DNA from: a virus
Taxonomy: Duplodnaviria; Caudoviricetes
Length of the DNA stretch: 57,705 nucleotides
Virus record (IMG/VR): IMGVR_UViG_3300042320_001544
Location: 1-57,705 of that record
Reading direction: 5' to 3' (one strand)
In this document: in pieces, positions 26,494 to 36,579 of the stretch
Layout of the letters: every line of letters begins with the position of its first letter
Numbering within the stretch: position 1 is the first letter of the stretch
The notes under the pieces: generated by a model
Database searches by the model: none
Seen by the model: only the letters and a program-made list of their open reading frames with translations
Told to the model about the DNA's origin: nothing
Position numbers and translations under genes: made by a program

Positions 26494-29217
26494 TTACACC
26501 CCTGCCCCAGCCCGATATTCAAGGCTGAGATCCCTCACGATAAACGGCTTTTGCTCCGCGCAGAGGATGCGAAGATTGACTTTCACGGCCGTGTCGAGCG
26601 CGCTGAAAAGCAGTTTGTGCGCCCGGCCTTGGCCGAGGGTGCCGATGTCGCCATAGGTGCGGGTCAGCGTGTTGCCGGCGGCGGTGGTGATCGTCATCTC
26701 CACGAGGCCGCGACTGCCAACCACGGTGTTCCAAATGAGTGACACAAATTGTTTGCGCTGGCTGGCATCATTCAGATCCACCATGCCAGTTTCGATTTCG
26801 GCGATATATGCGCGTCGGTAGGCCCCACCACCCCAGGTTGCTTGTCCGTAGCCGGCATCACCGACCGGCGCGGTATCGGGGATCGCATAGGAGGTGGCCG
26901 GTGCCACGATGGGCAGCGCGTCCGAAAAATCGCCTTGGTTGGCGGTGTCCCAGACAAACAAATTCATACTTTCGTCTGCAAAGATAAACTCAGGCCGGTT
27001 TGGCTCCATGCCCGTGAGCCCGTGAATCTTTGGGTGATCAAACTCACCCACCAAGCCCTTGGCTAAGAAGTCGTAGGCAAACCCTTTCAAGGTGCCATCG
27101 AGCGCTGGCACAAAAAACCAGATCATCTGTCCGCGGCTATCTGGAAACATAAAAACCCGCTCAGGGTTTTTTTGCACCGCGTCGCGATCTGCGCGAGCCA
27201 TGATATACGCGGCAGAGTCCAGCGCGGCAAAATTTGAATCGTTTCGGCCGTAGCGGGTGCCGTTGAATTGGTAGAGCTGGAGATCCATGCCCAGAAAATA
27301 CAACTCCCCTCCAACCCATTGGGTGATCGCATTGCCGTTGAGTGCGCCGGCGATGCCAGGCGGTTGAAATTGGTTGTCGGGGTTGTTGGGGTCGATGAGC
27401 GACACTCCAACGGCCGTGTGCACCGCGACTCTGAAATTGTCTGAGTACATGGCGGAGATGCGGTTTGACGATGCGCCGTGCCCCTGCCACACCTCGTAGG
27501 CATCGACGTTGGCCCCTTCGGGTGCCAGTTCCGTTTCGTTCGCTGGCCGGGAAACATAGAGCCGGTTTGGTTGGTCCTCGTATCCGCCGGACCAGTGTTG
27601 CCCATTGCATTGCACGCAGTGCAGCGTAGGCAGGGCTTGGTGCTGCTCCACATACATTTCCTGCCCAAATTCAGTGTCTGACCCGATGGTAATTGTCTGG
27701 GTGGTGCCGTTATTTGAGATCGGGTTGTCCGGCTCCACGAGGTAATACAATGCCGTCTCATCCTCACCAAATTGGAGGTAGATTCTTATATTGCTAAACC
27801 GACCACCGCCAGCCACGGGATTGGTCGGGACCGTCACCACGATGTCATTAGCAGCGAGCGCGTTGATGATCACTGAATTCGAAATTGGGCTATTCAGTCC
27901 CTCGTAACCGAGTCCATCGTTGCCGGGGTCAAAATACCGCGCATAAACCGTCACCGTGCGGTTGGAAAACCCTGTGCTTTTACCGGTGCCACTCCCACCG
28001 GAAAGCGCGGTCATCGACCACGAGCCCGTGTCAGTAGTCGTGTTTGCGGCTGAGGTCGAGGCGCTTAGAATGGTGATCGCTTTCGAGTCGCCATTCACGA
28101 ACGAAACAATGGCGTTGTTGCTCGATCCCCCTGAGCCCGGCGCTGTAAACACGGTGTAATGGTAAGGGCTGGCCACCGTGCCCAACCCCGTCAGTGTCGA
28201 GCGAATGCCGACCCCGTACGGGTCGTAACTGATACGCACATAAATGCGCCCATTGGCAGTTGACCCCGGAAAATTGGTGGCGTTGGCCTCAAACGTCAGT
28301 GAGGCCGCGCCTGCGCGTTGGCCCGATCCGCCTCCGCCGGGAATGGTGTACTTGGCGGAGACGTTGGTGCTGGACGTAGGTGGCGTCACTGAGACTTGCG
28401 GGGCCGCCGGTCGCGTGTTGTCACCTGAGAGCCGCCACTTGCCTGGGATCGCCGTGCGAGTGATTTGCACGATGGCCGGAATGTCTTTGCCGTTGCGCAC
28501 ATGCAGCTGGCTCTGGAAGCGCTGAGCATACCAGCGCGCTGAGGCATGCAGGCGGACGGCCAGCACTTCCCACGTTGCACCGGCGGCGGTAAATTCCACC
28601 GTTCCCGTGTAGGTAGCATCATCCCCGCAGTAAAACGGTCCTCCGCGCGCCTTGCCGGCGGGGATGTTGTAGAACAGCAAAAAAGTTTTTCCGTATTTGC
28701 TCAGCAGCAGCGCCACGGTGCTATCCGCGTCGGCCAAGTTGCGCTGCGGTTGCAGTTGCAGGAACCCCGTGCCTCCCGTCATGGAAATCAGCGCCGAGGA
28801 TGGCGTCAGCGATAAACCGCAGATGTTGCCAACCAAATTCCTCACATAATAATTGGTGCTCGTGTTGAACGTGTGCGGGCTGCCGGAAATGGAGGCCGTG
28901 GGAAAGGTGCCCGTGGTCGAGACGCGCACGATCTCGCCAGCGGTCAAAAAATTTTGATAGACGTTCAGCTCAGTGGGGGTGCCTGCACGAGTGGTGCACT
29001 TGGCCAACGGAGGCCGCAGCGCGGTAATTGTCGTCTTGAGCGTTTCGCTCGCCCCCAGCGCCCACAGCCGCTGGTAAATGGGCATTCCCTTGAATCCGCC
29101 CCATGGGCGCAAAAGGATGTTTTTTGCTTTTTGCAGCTTGGTGCCGAGGTGAGTGGTTTCCAGCAGCGTCGAGATTCCGCCAAACCCTCGAATTGGAAAG
29201 ACGCTTGTTTTAGCCAT
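26494..29217 (-). CDS. Tail nozzle/stabilisation protein (tail tubular B / P22 gp10-like) with inserted beta-rich domains
   Basis: 907 aa; N-terminal GFGG...A.NI.L...GG..., C-terminal ETG..D....QRKQF...F.VRDLSLEY; follows capsid and adaptor genes; no tape measure in the genome. Confidence 0.65.
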   Translation of the reverse strand: MAKTSVFPIRGFGGISTLLETTHLGTKLQKAKNILLRPWGGFKGMPIYQRLWALGASETLKTTITALRPPLAKCTTRAGTPTELNVYQNFLTAGEIVRVSTTGTFPTASISGSPHTFNTSTNYYVRNLVGNICGLSLTPSSALISMTGGTGFLQLQPQRNLADADSTVALLLSKYGKTFLLFYNIPAGKARGGPFYCGDDATYTGTVEFTAAGATWEVLAVRLHASARWYAQRFQSQLHVRNGKDIPAIVQITRTAIPGKWRLSGDNTRPAAPQVSVTPPTSSTNVSAKYTIPGGGGSGQRAGAASLTFEANATNFPGSTANGRIYVRISYDPYGVGIRSTLTGLGTVASPYHYTVFTAPGSGGSSNNAIVSFVNGDSKAITILSASTSAANTTTDTGSWSMTALSGGSGTGKSTGFSNRTVTVYARYFDPGNDGLGYEGLNSPISNSVIINALAANDIVVTVPTNPVAGGGRFSNIRIYLQFGEDETALYYLVEPDNPISNNGTTQTITIGSDTEFGQEMYVEQHQALPTLHCVQCNGQHWSGGYEDQPNRLYVSRPANETELAPEGANVDAYEVWQGHGASSNRISAMYSDNFRVAVHTAVGVSLIDPNNPDNQFQPPGIAGALNGNAITQWVGGELYFLGMDLQLYQFNGTRYGRNDSNFAALDSAAYIMARADRDAVQKNPERVFMFPDSRGQMIWFFVPALDGTLKGFAYDFLAKGLVGEFDHPKIHGLTGMEPNRPEFIFADESMNLFVWDTANQGDFSDALPIVAPATSYAIPDTAPVGDAGYGQATWGGGAYRRAYIAEIETGMVDLNDASQRKQFVSLIWNTVVGSRGLVEMTITTAAGNTLTRTYGDIGTLGQGRAHKLLFSALDTAVKVNLRILCAEQKPFIVRDLSLEYRAGAGV

Positions 29218-29222
29218 GAGAA

Positions 29223-30155
29223 TTAATCAGTGAAATCGCCGGCGCAGACCACGTTGCTCTCAACGTAGCCGTGAGGTTTGAGCGATTCGAGCATAGCCAG
29301 CGCGGTGTCGTAATCGTCCTGTAGATCGTTGCGATTGCCTGCAAACTGAGGCCAGCTTGAAAATTTCATTCTAAAGATCGGCATCAAGATGGACTCATGG
29401 TAAGCATGCGGGACCAGCCATGTGCGGCTATCGTTCCACGCCGTTACCCGGGGGGCCGTTTGCTCCACCTTCATGGTGATCACCATTTGCTCATCGGGCA
29501 GGCTGGAAAAGCGGAGCACGGGACCGCGGGATCCGTTGAAGGTGCTTTGTTGCACAATCAAGTAAGCGGTCGGCGTCTGAATTTCGCGCTGAGCAAAGGT
29601 CAACGGGTAGAGCCATGGGCCAGCGCCGTGATTGCTGTTCATGGTGCCGCCGGCGTCGTAGGTCTGGCGGGTGCGCTCACTCTCCAGCGGGACCAGTTCC
29701 CACTTGCCCTCGATCACCACGGGCGGGATCACCTGCCTTACATTCTCACCGGGCTGGATGACATCCTGATAAATCGTGGCCACGACTCCCGCGGCCGTCG
29801 GGCCGGTGTAGGGCTTGAGCAGCGTCGGGCTCGCGCCGGCGGCCGTAATGATCACGTTTTGCGCTTCATCGCCGGGAATAACAATGGTGCAGCCGGCCAT
29901 CCATGACGCATAACCCGTGATGGTGATCGCTTGGGAGTTCTGCGTCACTGATACCGTGACCGATTGCGGGCCCCGAATCAGATAGCCCTGCGGTTCCTCG
30001 CACCAAAACGAATCACCCATCAAAGTGTAAATGTGCTGCAAAGAGGCATTCAGATCCCGCAGCATGCGGTCGGCCGTGCCCGGCGCGGCGTGGGAGATGT
30101 CCTCAATGCCCAAAAGCCCGCACCCATCTTTTTGAATTTCTAGGGCCGCGCTCAT
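29223..30155 (-). CDS. Head-tail adaptor (tail tubular A-like)
   Basis: 310 aa between capsid and nozzle; LLGI.D...RDLN..LQ.I N-terminus, VP..YH...L C-terminus. Confidence 0.55.
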   Translation of the reverse strand: MSAALEIQKDGCGLLGIEDISHAAPGTADRMLRDLNASLQHIYTLMGDSFWCEEPQGYLIRGPQSVTVSVTQNSQAITITGYASWMAGCTIVIPGDEAQNVIITAAGASPTLLKPYTGPTAAGVVATIYQDVIQPGENVRQVIPPVVIEGKWELVPLESERTRQTYDAGGTMNSNHGAGPWLYPLTFAQREIQTPTAYLIVQQSTFNGSRGPVLRFSSLPDEQMVITMKVEQTAPRVTAWNDSRTWLVPHAYHESILMPIFRMKFSSWPQFAGNRNDLQDDYDTALAMLESLKPHGYVESNVVCAGDFTD

Positions 30156-30158
30156 GGC

Positions 30159-30596
30159 TTATTTGGGGTTGGCTGGCCGGCCGCGTTTTTTGGCCGGCGG
30201 GGTTGTCGCGTCCGGCAGGGGTGGCAAGGGCTTAACAATCCCCACCGGCTCAGGAGACGGACGGGAAACCTGAGCGGTGGGGGTGTTTTTCTTCGCAGCT
30301 CCAACCATGGCTTCGGCGGCAGAAAGGGGTTCAATGGCAAACAGACCGTCCTCGGGCGGATCGGTGCACTCGCCTGTTTCGAGGTTGCGCACCTGAAAAG
30401 CGGTCCAAAAGGTGGAGCCCATGCGCTTCACCAGATCGGCGTTCATCGTTCGAAATGCGGCGTAATCTTTGCAGATGTGGACCTGACAATTGAGGCGCGT
30501 GTCGAGGGTGGTCGAGCCCCCGAGTTTGGGGTGCAACTTGCGAATCACCCCAAAGGTCTTCGACGAACAAATCAAGTATTCAAGTTTGAGCTTCAT
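30159..30596 (-). CDS. Hypothetical protein downstream of the capsid gene
   Basis: Ends in PAKKRGRP, a pattern common in post-capsid genes. Confidence 0.6.
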   Translation of the reverse strand: MKLKLEYLICSSKTFGVIRKLHPKLGGSTTLDTRLNCQVHICKDYAAFRTMNADLVKRMGSTFWTAFQVRNLETGECTDPPEDGLFAIEPLSAAEAMVGAAKKNTPTAQVSRPSPEPVGIVKPLPPLPDATTPPAKKRGRPANPK

Positions 30597-30610
30597 GGTC
30601 GGAAAGGCAA

Positions 30611-30649
30611 GCGCCCGGCTCCAAAGTGTCACACTTCAAAGCCGGGCGC
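30611..30649 (-). terminator. GC-rich hairpin after the capsid gene (terminator/stabiliser)
   Basis: gcgcccggct...agccgggcgc with inner aagtgt/acactt; weak U tract. Confidence 0.45.
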
Positions 30650-30675
30650 AAGGTAGGAGTCAATTGTTCGTCACC

Positions 30676-32187
30676 TTAGACAATGGTCGGAAGCCCTTCG
30701 GGATTCCAAGCACTGACGATAATGCCGTAACCATTGACAAGGCCGTTGGCGTCCTGCGTGGCACGAGATCCCCAGCACATTTCCATGCCAATTTCCGAAT
30801 CCAGGCCGTGGTTTTGGTGTTCCTCAGTGCGATGACCAAAGGCCAAACCCTGGGAACCCTGACCGTAACCGCAGGCGATGCCTTCATTGGCGAGGGCGTA
30901 TCCGCGAACATAGGGCTGCCCCTTTTCGTTGCACGGGATCACCTCGCTGCCAATGGCGTGCTGCGTGGTCAGGAAATCGGTCGTCCAGACGCCCGTGTTC
31001 CAAACCACCGTGCCAACGGTGCTCTGGTTGATGGTGCCGCCCGAGGTGCCGCTGCGCAGCGCCTTGGTCAACGTGATCGTGTTGCCGTTGGTAACTTGGT
31101 AGGCATACATGCCGAACTTGCCAGCGTCACCCGTGGCGGCCGATGCCTCCAAATTGCGGATGAGCAGATAGCGCTCGGTGCCGGTCACAGCAGCAATTTT
31201 GTCGCCTTCAAACCCACCAAACGCAGCAGACTCAAAGTACTGCGCATACAGCGGATCCGTTTTGGCGGCGGCAGTTGCGCTTCCACCGAGTTTCAACTGG
31301 TAGCCAGTCGCAGGGGATGCGGCAATGGCTTCACCGAGATAACCAATCGGCGCGCAAAGGGCACCTTGCGGGCCGTCGGCGCTGTCGTTTTCGATCTCCC
31401 AGCGATCCAGCACACAGCCACCCCAGGATGGGAGCAGGCCGGTGTAAAGGCTGTTTTCCTGACCGCGCAGATCGGAGTTGGCGAGCAGCGTTTGCCAGTC
31501 GTTGGAAGACTCGAGTTCGTCGAGCTGCTTGTGAGGCAGCAAGAGGTAATACTTCTTGCGCTCCTGAAGCCCTTTTTTGGCGAGATTCACCGGCTTGGCC
31601 ATGATCGTGCTGAGCGCATTGGCGATGCGCTTGGCGTCGTCGGCCATGAACGTGTCCGCGCTCGTGAGCTGGCTCACGGCAGTTTTGCGACCCGAATAAA
31701 TGGTGTTGCGCGCGTGAGCACGCTTCAGCATTTCCGCTTCCCAGTTGTCGGCTTGGTAGCGCTTGAACCAGTCGGTCAGCTTCACGCGGCTTTTGGCGTC
31801 GATGTTGCCTTTGCCGAGAGTCGTCTGATTCTTGGTGACGTTGTTCCATTTTGCGCCTTTCCACATGACTCCCAATTTGAATTGGTAGAGTTGGAATTTG
31901 GCGCTTTCGCCATTGCCGACACGTTGAGCGCCGGAACCTTGGTAGCCGGGGCCACCAAACGGGGCCTCAACCTGCATGTTCACGGTGTCACCGGCGAGCT
32001 TTTGAGCGTCGAGGACGGTCACGATGGGTTTTCCTTCGCCGGCTCCACCAATGAGTTTGGCGAGGCGGGAGGACCGAATGGTTCCAACGGCCACGGAGGC
32101 CGCCCATTTTTGTTCTTGCGAGTTTGCGCCGGCGGCCGCCACGACTTGGGCGACGGTTTGACCGGTAATGGATGCGTAGTTTGGCAT
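30676..32187 (-). CDS. Major capsid protein (N4 gp56/DUF4043-like)
   Basis: 503 aa; D..K.AGDTV....G.G..G...GNGE, Y.LL....Q..EL.....WQ..L....RG.EN.L.TG....WGG.V, final G.I.V; directly after the scaffold-like gene. Confidence 0.85.
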   Translation of the reverse strand: MPNYASITGQTVAQVVAAAGANSQEQKWAASVAVGTIRSSRLAKLIGGAGEGKPIVTVLDAQKLAGDTVNMQVEAPFGGPGYQGSGAQRVGNGESAKFQLYQFKLGVMWKGAKWNNVTKNQTTLGKGNIDAKSRVKLTDWFKRYQADNWEAEMLKRAHARNTIYSGRKTAVSQLTSADTFMADDAKRIANALSTIMAKPVNLAKKGLQERKKYYLLLPHKQLDELESSNDWQTLLANSDLRGQENSLYTGLLPSWGGCVLDRWEIENDSADGPQGALCAPIGYLGEAIAASPATGYQLKLGGSATAAAKTDPLYAQYFESAAFGGFEGDKIAAVTGTERYLLIRNLEASAATGDAGKFGMYAYQVTNGNTITLTKALRSGTSGGTINQSTVGTVVWNTGVWTTDFLTTQHAIGSEVIPCNEKGQPYVRGYALANEGIACGYGQGSQGLAFGHRTEEHQNHGLDSEIGMEMCWGSRATQDANGLVNGYGIIVSAWNPEGLPTIV

Positions 32188-32352
32188 AACGGTTGTTTGG
32201 GGGGTGGGTGCCCGCCGTTTGCGTCATGGCATCAAACCACGCGCCGCCGGCGAGGCGGGTTTTGGGGTAGATGCAACCCTTGCTTGCCGCAGGTTCGCGG
32301 CTGGGTTGCGTGAATCAGGCGGGTTAGCCTGAGATAGCTCCGGGGCGGTATT

Positions 32353-33468
32353 TTACCTGAAGGTCACCCCAAGCGTAGCTGCGCTGCCGCCGAGGTCTTC
32401 ATTCAGAAACGCATCGATGTCCGCAAGATCATCACTCTGGGCGGCTGCCTGCAAGCGTTGAACTCGAACGTCATCGGGTGACACGTCTCGAATACTGACA
32501 CGGTGCGCCTGTCCAGTGGAGCCAGAGAACGGCATTGGGCCCGGCTCCGCCTGGGCTGCTGTTCGCTGGGTCGTCTGACGGCCCATTGGGTTTTGGGGGC
32601 TTTGACCCGGCTTCGCCTGGGTTGGAGCAATACCTTGCTCGCGCGCAATTTCTTGCGCGATGAGCAGAGCAAATTGGGGGTGGCGGCGTTTCGCCAAATC
32701 AAGCGCAACGTCGGGATCGTTCGCGATTGAAGGGTCGGCCGCAGCGGCGCGTTCGAGCGCATTGATTTCCTCCATGCGCTGAGTCGTGGCCAAGGTAAAG
32801 GGGTCGTTGTCGTCGGCCAGCGCCGGAAACATGTCGTAGGCAGCCTCCACGGCCGCATCTTCGATCTGCTGCACTTCCGTGGCCTGCTGGCGCTGCGTCA
32901 CGACGTGCTCCCGCTGCATCAGCCGGAGATCGGCAATCAATTCCGCTTGGCGGGTGTTCAGGTCGTACACCTCGCGGTTGTAGGTGGAGCCAATGCCGCC
33001 ATCCTCAGCAAAATCAATGAGTTTGGATCGCACTTCCTCCAACTCGGCTTCGAGCGCATCCATGCTCGGATTGCTTTGCGCGGCCTCGGTTGGAGCGCCG
33101 GTTTCGTCGATCAACCCAAGTTGCTGGTTGGCCATCGCTGAAATCTCTGACGGCGAGAGATCAGGGTTTTTCATGGCAATCTCCAACATGACCTTGTGAG
33201 GTGTTGGAAGGTGCTTGGTGTAAAACCGATCAGGCAGCGTCTCAGGAATCGTCCGCGCTGGCGGTTCTTCGTTCACTGGCGCTGGCGCTGGCACTTTCCG
33301 GTCTTCGACAAATAACGTCTGGGGCGCAGCGTGTTGCACTTGGGACGGTGCCGCTTCCTCGATCACCTCGGGCGCATCGCCCATGCCGGCAAGAGCCGTG
33401 TCCATGGCGGCGTCAAAGTCGGCGTCTTCGGTTTCAATCAAGGTTGGTGCTTCAGCGGTTCCCGTCAT
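32353..33468 (-). CDS. Scaffolding protein
   Basis: Acidic, Ala/Pro/Gln-rich, coiled-coil, immediately upstream of the capsid gene; ATG at 33468. Confidence 0.7.
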   Translation of the reverse strand: MTGTAEAPTLIETEDADFDAAMDTALAGMGDAPEVIEEAAPSQVQHAAPQTLFVEDRKVPAPAPVNEEPPARTIPETLPDRFYTKHLPTPHKVMLEIAMKNPDLSPSEISAMANQQLGLIDETGAPTEAAQSNPSMDALEAELEEVRSKLIDFAEDGGIGSTYNREVYDLNTRQAELIADLRLMQREHVVTQRQQATEVQQIEDAAVEAAYDMFPALADDNDPFTLATTQRMEEINALERAAAADPSIANDPDVALDLAKRRHPQFALLIAQEIAREQGIAPTQAKPGQSPQNPMGRQTTQRTAAQAEPGPMPFSGSTGQAHRVSIRDVSPDDVRVQRLQAAAQSDDLADIDAFLNEDLGGSAATLGVTFR

Positions 33469-33475
33469 GGTGGGT

Positions 33476-33504
33476 ATTCTATGTAATTTACTCCGACCGC
33501 GCAA
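33476..33504 (-). promoter_or_regulatory. Sigma70-type promoter for scaffold/capsid genes
   Basis: TTGCGC (33504-33499), 17 nt, TAGAAT (33481-33476); ATG 8 nt downstream. Confidence 0.55.
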
Positions 33505-33518
33505 GAGTTATTCACAAT

Positions 33519-34067
33519 TCAATTGTGAACAACCTCCCACGGTTTGGGTTTGCCGTGATACACCACGACTGCGCCTGAGTCCGGCCCGTGGACTTTAAAA
33601 CTCGTCACCAACGGCGGATGAAGATACTGAATGGAGTCTTTGAGCTTTGAGTAAATCCATTTTTGGTCGCTTCCCGGATGGGGCGTGCCATCGTAATCCA
33701 CTGTGACCTCGGGGCGTGCACCCTGCCACACCATGACGCTGCTGTTGAGATCGGGGAGGAGCGCGTCTTTCATACCCCACACCTGCCCGTTGGCCGTGGG
33801 TAGGTCATCTAGCCAGTTCAGCGGTTTGCGAATGGTCACATCAAGATCGAAATAGCAGGTTTTGCCAAGGTCGTGATCGAACAGTTCAAGCTTCGACCAC
33901 CAACCTTGCCAGCCTTTGACCAATCGAATGCCCGGTTGCTTCGGGTGATCGGTCAGACAAATGAACGGCGCTGGCTTGTAGTGCTGCCACACCATGTCAC
34001 TGAGCCGCTGGACGTGCTCTGGGCCGTAAAGGCCGCCGGTCTTTAGGACGCAAACAAAGGTGTCCAT
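33519..34067 (-). CDS. Small GT8-like glycosyltransferase
   Basis: GWWSKLELF, YFDLDV (DxD), NSSVMVW, SDQKWI, YHGKPKPW. Confidence 0.85.
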   Translation of the reverse strand: MDTFVCVLKTGGLYGPEHVQRLSDMVWQHYKPAPFICLTDHPKQPGIRLVKGWQGWWSKLELFDHDLGKTCYFDLDVTIRKPLNWLDDLPTANGQVWGMKDALLPDLNSSVMVWQGARPEVTVDYDGTPHPGSDQKWIYSKLKDSIQYLHPPLVTSFKVHGPDSGAVVVYHGKPKPWEVVHN

Positions 34068-34699
34068 ACAAAGATATCGTCGTTTCCGATGCGGTCCACT
34101 TTCCGGTATTCCCGCTCGTGCAGCCAGTTGCGGGTGTAAGAGTCCGGCCAGCCGTAGGGCTCGCCGTGTCCTTTCAGTTCAAGGGCAATGACCGGGTGGC
34201 TCACCCGGATGATTTCCTCCGCCCCTTCAAGCGCTGGCTGTTCCCATCCCTCCACATCAAGCAGCATGAAATCCACGCCAACGTGGGGCAAAACTTTGTC
34301 CAGCATGATGATCGGCGCGGCATGGGGCGCATTGCCTAACCTTACCTGAGTGGCTCCGTAATTGCCCCATTCCCTCGTGCTTCGCCAAGTGGTCACGTTT
34401 CCCTCTTGGTTCCCAAGGGCTCCATATTTCGGGTGATAAAACCGTTCCGATTTCGATTTGCCGTTGTTGGCGAGCAGGCATTCGTAGTTCTGGGGATCGG
34501 GCTCAAAGGTGAACACTTGTTGAAAGCAATCGACCAACCAATTGGCATACACCCCCACATTCCCGCCGGCCTGCACACAGATCCGGCGCGGATCCTGCAC
34601 ATGCTGCAAATACTGCGGCAAACGCTCGACCTCGCGGAGCACCACTTCCGGCGTTACGGTGTCGCCATCCGGCCAGCAAAAACCGCCGCGCTCTTTCAT
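34043..34699 (-). CDS. FkbM-family SAM-dependent methyltransferase
   Basis: VQAGGNVGVY, FTFEPDP.NY.CL, LLDVEGWE..ALEGA; ATG at 34699 overlaps the upstream stop. Confidence 0.88.
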   Translation of the reverse strand: MKERGGFCWPDGDTVTPEVVLREVERLPQYLQHVQDPRRICVQAGGNVGVYANWLVDCFQQVFTFEPDPQNYECLLANNGKSKSERFYHPKYGALGNQEGNVTTWRSTREWGNYGATQVRLGNAPHAAPIIMLDKVLPHVGVDFMLLDVEGWEQPALEGAEEIIRVSHPVIALELKGHGEPYGWPDSYTRNWLHEREYRKVDRIGNDDIFVWTPLFAS

Positions 34700-36576
34700 T
34701 TCCAGATTGCCCTTTCTGGGTTGAGTGGGTTCATCGCCCTTACAGCTCGATGAAACGGCCCTTTCCCGCTGGCCATTTTCGGAATGTGCAGCCATTCGTA
34801 ATCTTCAAACGTGGTTAAACCGATGGCCTTGGCAATCACCATCAGCATCAGGATGGCCTCGCGATCTTCCCTCATCTCGGCAAAGCGCAGCGGGTCCAAT
34901 TTCCAGTCGAGGCCACCCATTTGCTTTTGCCATTGCTCCATGGCTAAATTAATCAGCGCTCCCGCTTGTTGAGCGGTGCCCTTGAGATAATGCCCATACG
35001 AAGCGATGACGGCAGTGCGCAACAGATTGCACAAAGCCGCCGGCCAAATTTGGACATTTACAATTTGAGAACACACCTCCACGGCGGACATCCAGGCAAA
35101 CTTTAATTTGCCTTGAAGCGCCATCATATAAACGACGGAGGTTTGCCAACTCATTGTCCACCGAAACGCCAACCCGTCGCTCATTGTTGGCATTTCAACC
35201 CCCGCCACGTCTGCTTCCCATTCGCTGAACGTCAGCAGCCCCTCGCACACCCGATAGGTCAGGAACACCTTCAGCGCCGCAAGCGCTTCGCCTTGGATCA
35301 GGTGCGGTGGGCGATCCCGAATCCAGCGCAGCGCGCGCTCAGTGCGGTAGGCAATGGGTAAAGACTGGTCGTTGTTCGCTTTGTACACGTCGATGATTTG
35401 ATCGTCGGACGGGTAAACGATCACCGTGTTCACCGTAAGAGGCGTCTTTTTGGGAGATCGATCTTCAAATGCAAACACTGCGGCATGGCTTTTGAGGTGC
35501 GCCAGCTTGTCGGCTTTCTTGACGCCGGCCGCGTGAAGTCCGTAAACGAGATCGGGCACGCTGCCATACCCGTGGGAAACGGCGTGCATGAAGAAATTAA
35601 ACCCCGCCGGCATCGGGTGAAACGGCACCCCGGAACGCTGGACGGCCATGTTCAGTGGGGTCTGGTCGCCATAGTCAGCGATTTCATGGATCGTTTTGTC
35701 GTCAAGGATCTTCGCGGCTCGGCGAAAGGCCGCCCGGACGTGCTCACACGAGAAATCCGCAATGAACAGCCCCGAGTTGAAATACTGCCGGCGCTCCAGT
35801 CCTAACTTGGCACAGTCGAGCGACACAAACGACTGAGCATCCCGTGTGCCTGGGTCTGGCACCGCCGACACGGCACCCTTGGCCACTTGCGACACGAAAT
35901 CGGTTGGCCGGAGCAGCCACAAGTCGGCATCGAAAAACACCACCGGCACCGGTGGCAGGAGATCGGGCAGGGCTAGCTTGTAGGCAAAGCCGGCATCGCC
36001 ACTGAAGCGCAGCACGTTGCACGGCAATCCTGTGTGCTGGTGAAACCTCTTTACCGCTTCTTCTCCCATGGCTTCGTAGCCTGGGGTGATGATGGTAGCC
36101 CCAAGCAGCGGCAGCGGGTCGGAGGCGTTCCAGCCTGTGGCGGTTGGCTCTAAAGGTTGGGTATGCTGACCGAGATAGAGCATCGACGCGCACGATTCTT
36201 CGACCGTAGGCGTACGCTGATTGGCGATCTTCAACCATTTTTGGATGGTGTCAGGGTTTGGCGCTAGCTCCCAAAGCGTCACGCAATACACCCATTTGCA
36301 ATGGGCCATGTGCGCCTTTGCCAATTCGTGATATTCTGCCACTCCCTTGGGGTGCTCTTTCAGCCACAAAATCCATGCCCCTTTTCCAGCTAGTTCTTTG
36401 CCTTCGGGCTTGCTCCCGCACGAAATCATGAGGGTTTCAATCTTGAAATAGCCCGATGCGCCGAAAAACGCGCTTTCCCATTCATTGTGGCCCGGCGTTC
36501 CCTGTTTAAATGGGTTTACCCCCACCACTCCAAAGAACTGGGAGCCGTGGCCGTCGTGTCCGTCTGTCTGTTTCAT
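34696..36576 (-). CDS. Multidomain protein with a central GT8-like glycosyltransferase domain
   Basis: VFFDADLW, YFNSGLF, DQTPLN, FNF, HAAG; unassigned N- and C-terminal domains. Confidence 0.8.
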   Translation of the reverse strand: MKQTDGHDGHGSQFFGVVGVNPFKQGTPGHNEWESAFFGASGYFKIETLMISCGSKPEGKELAGKGAWILWLKEHPKGVAEYHELAKAHMAHCKWVYCVTLWELAPNPDTIQKWLKIANQRTPTVEESCASMLYLGQHTQPLEPTATGWNASDPLPLLGATIITPGYEAMGEEAVKRFHQHTGLPCNVLRFSGDAGFAYKLALPDLLPPVPVVFFDADLWLLRPTDFVSQVAKGAVSAVPDPGTRDAQSFVSLDCAKLGLERRQYFNSGLFIADFSCEHVRAAFRRAAKILDDKTIHEIADYGDQTPLNMAVQRSGVPFHPMPAGFNFFMHAVSHGYGSVPDLVYGLHAAGVKKADKLAHLKSHAAVFAFEDRSPKKTPLTVNTVIVYPSDDQIIDVYKANNDQSLPIAYRTERALRWIRDRPPHLIQGEALAALKVFLTYRVCEGLLTFSEWEADVAGVEMPTMSDGLAFRWTMSWQTSVVYMMALQGKLKFAWMSAVEVCSQIVNVQIWPAALCNLLRTAVIASYGHYLKGTAQQAGALINLAMEQWQKQMGGLDWKLDPLRFAEMREDREAILMLMVIAKAIGLTTFEDYEWLHIPKMASGKGPFHRAVRAMNPLNPERAIWK

Positions 36577-36579
36577 TTT

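Noticed and set aside
30490-32313. 607-aa plus-strand ORF
   Set aside because: Antisense shadow of the capsid gene in a GC-rich genome; no motifs
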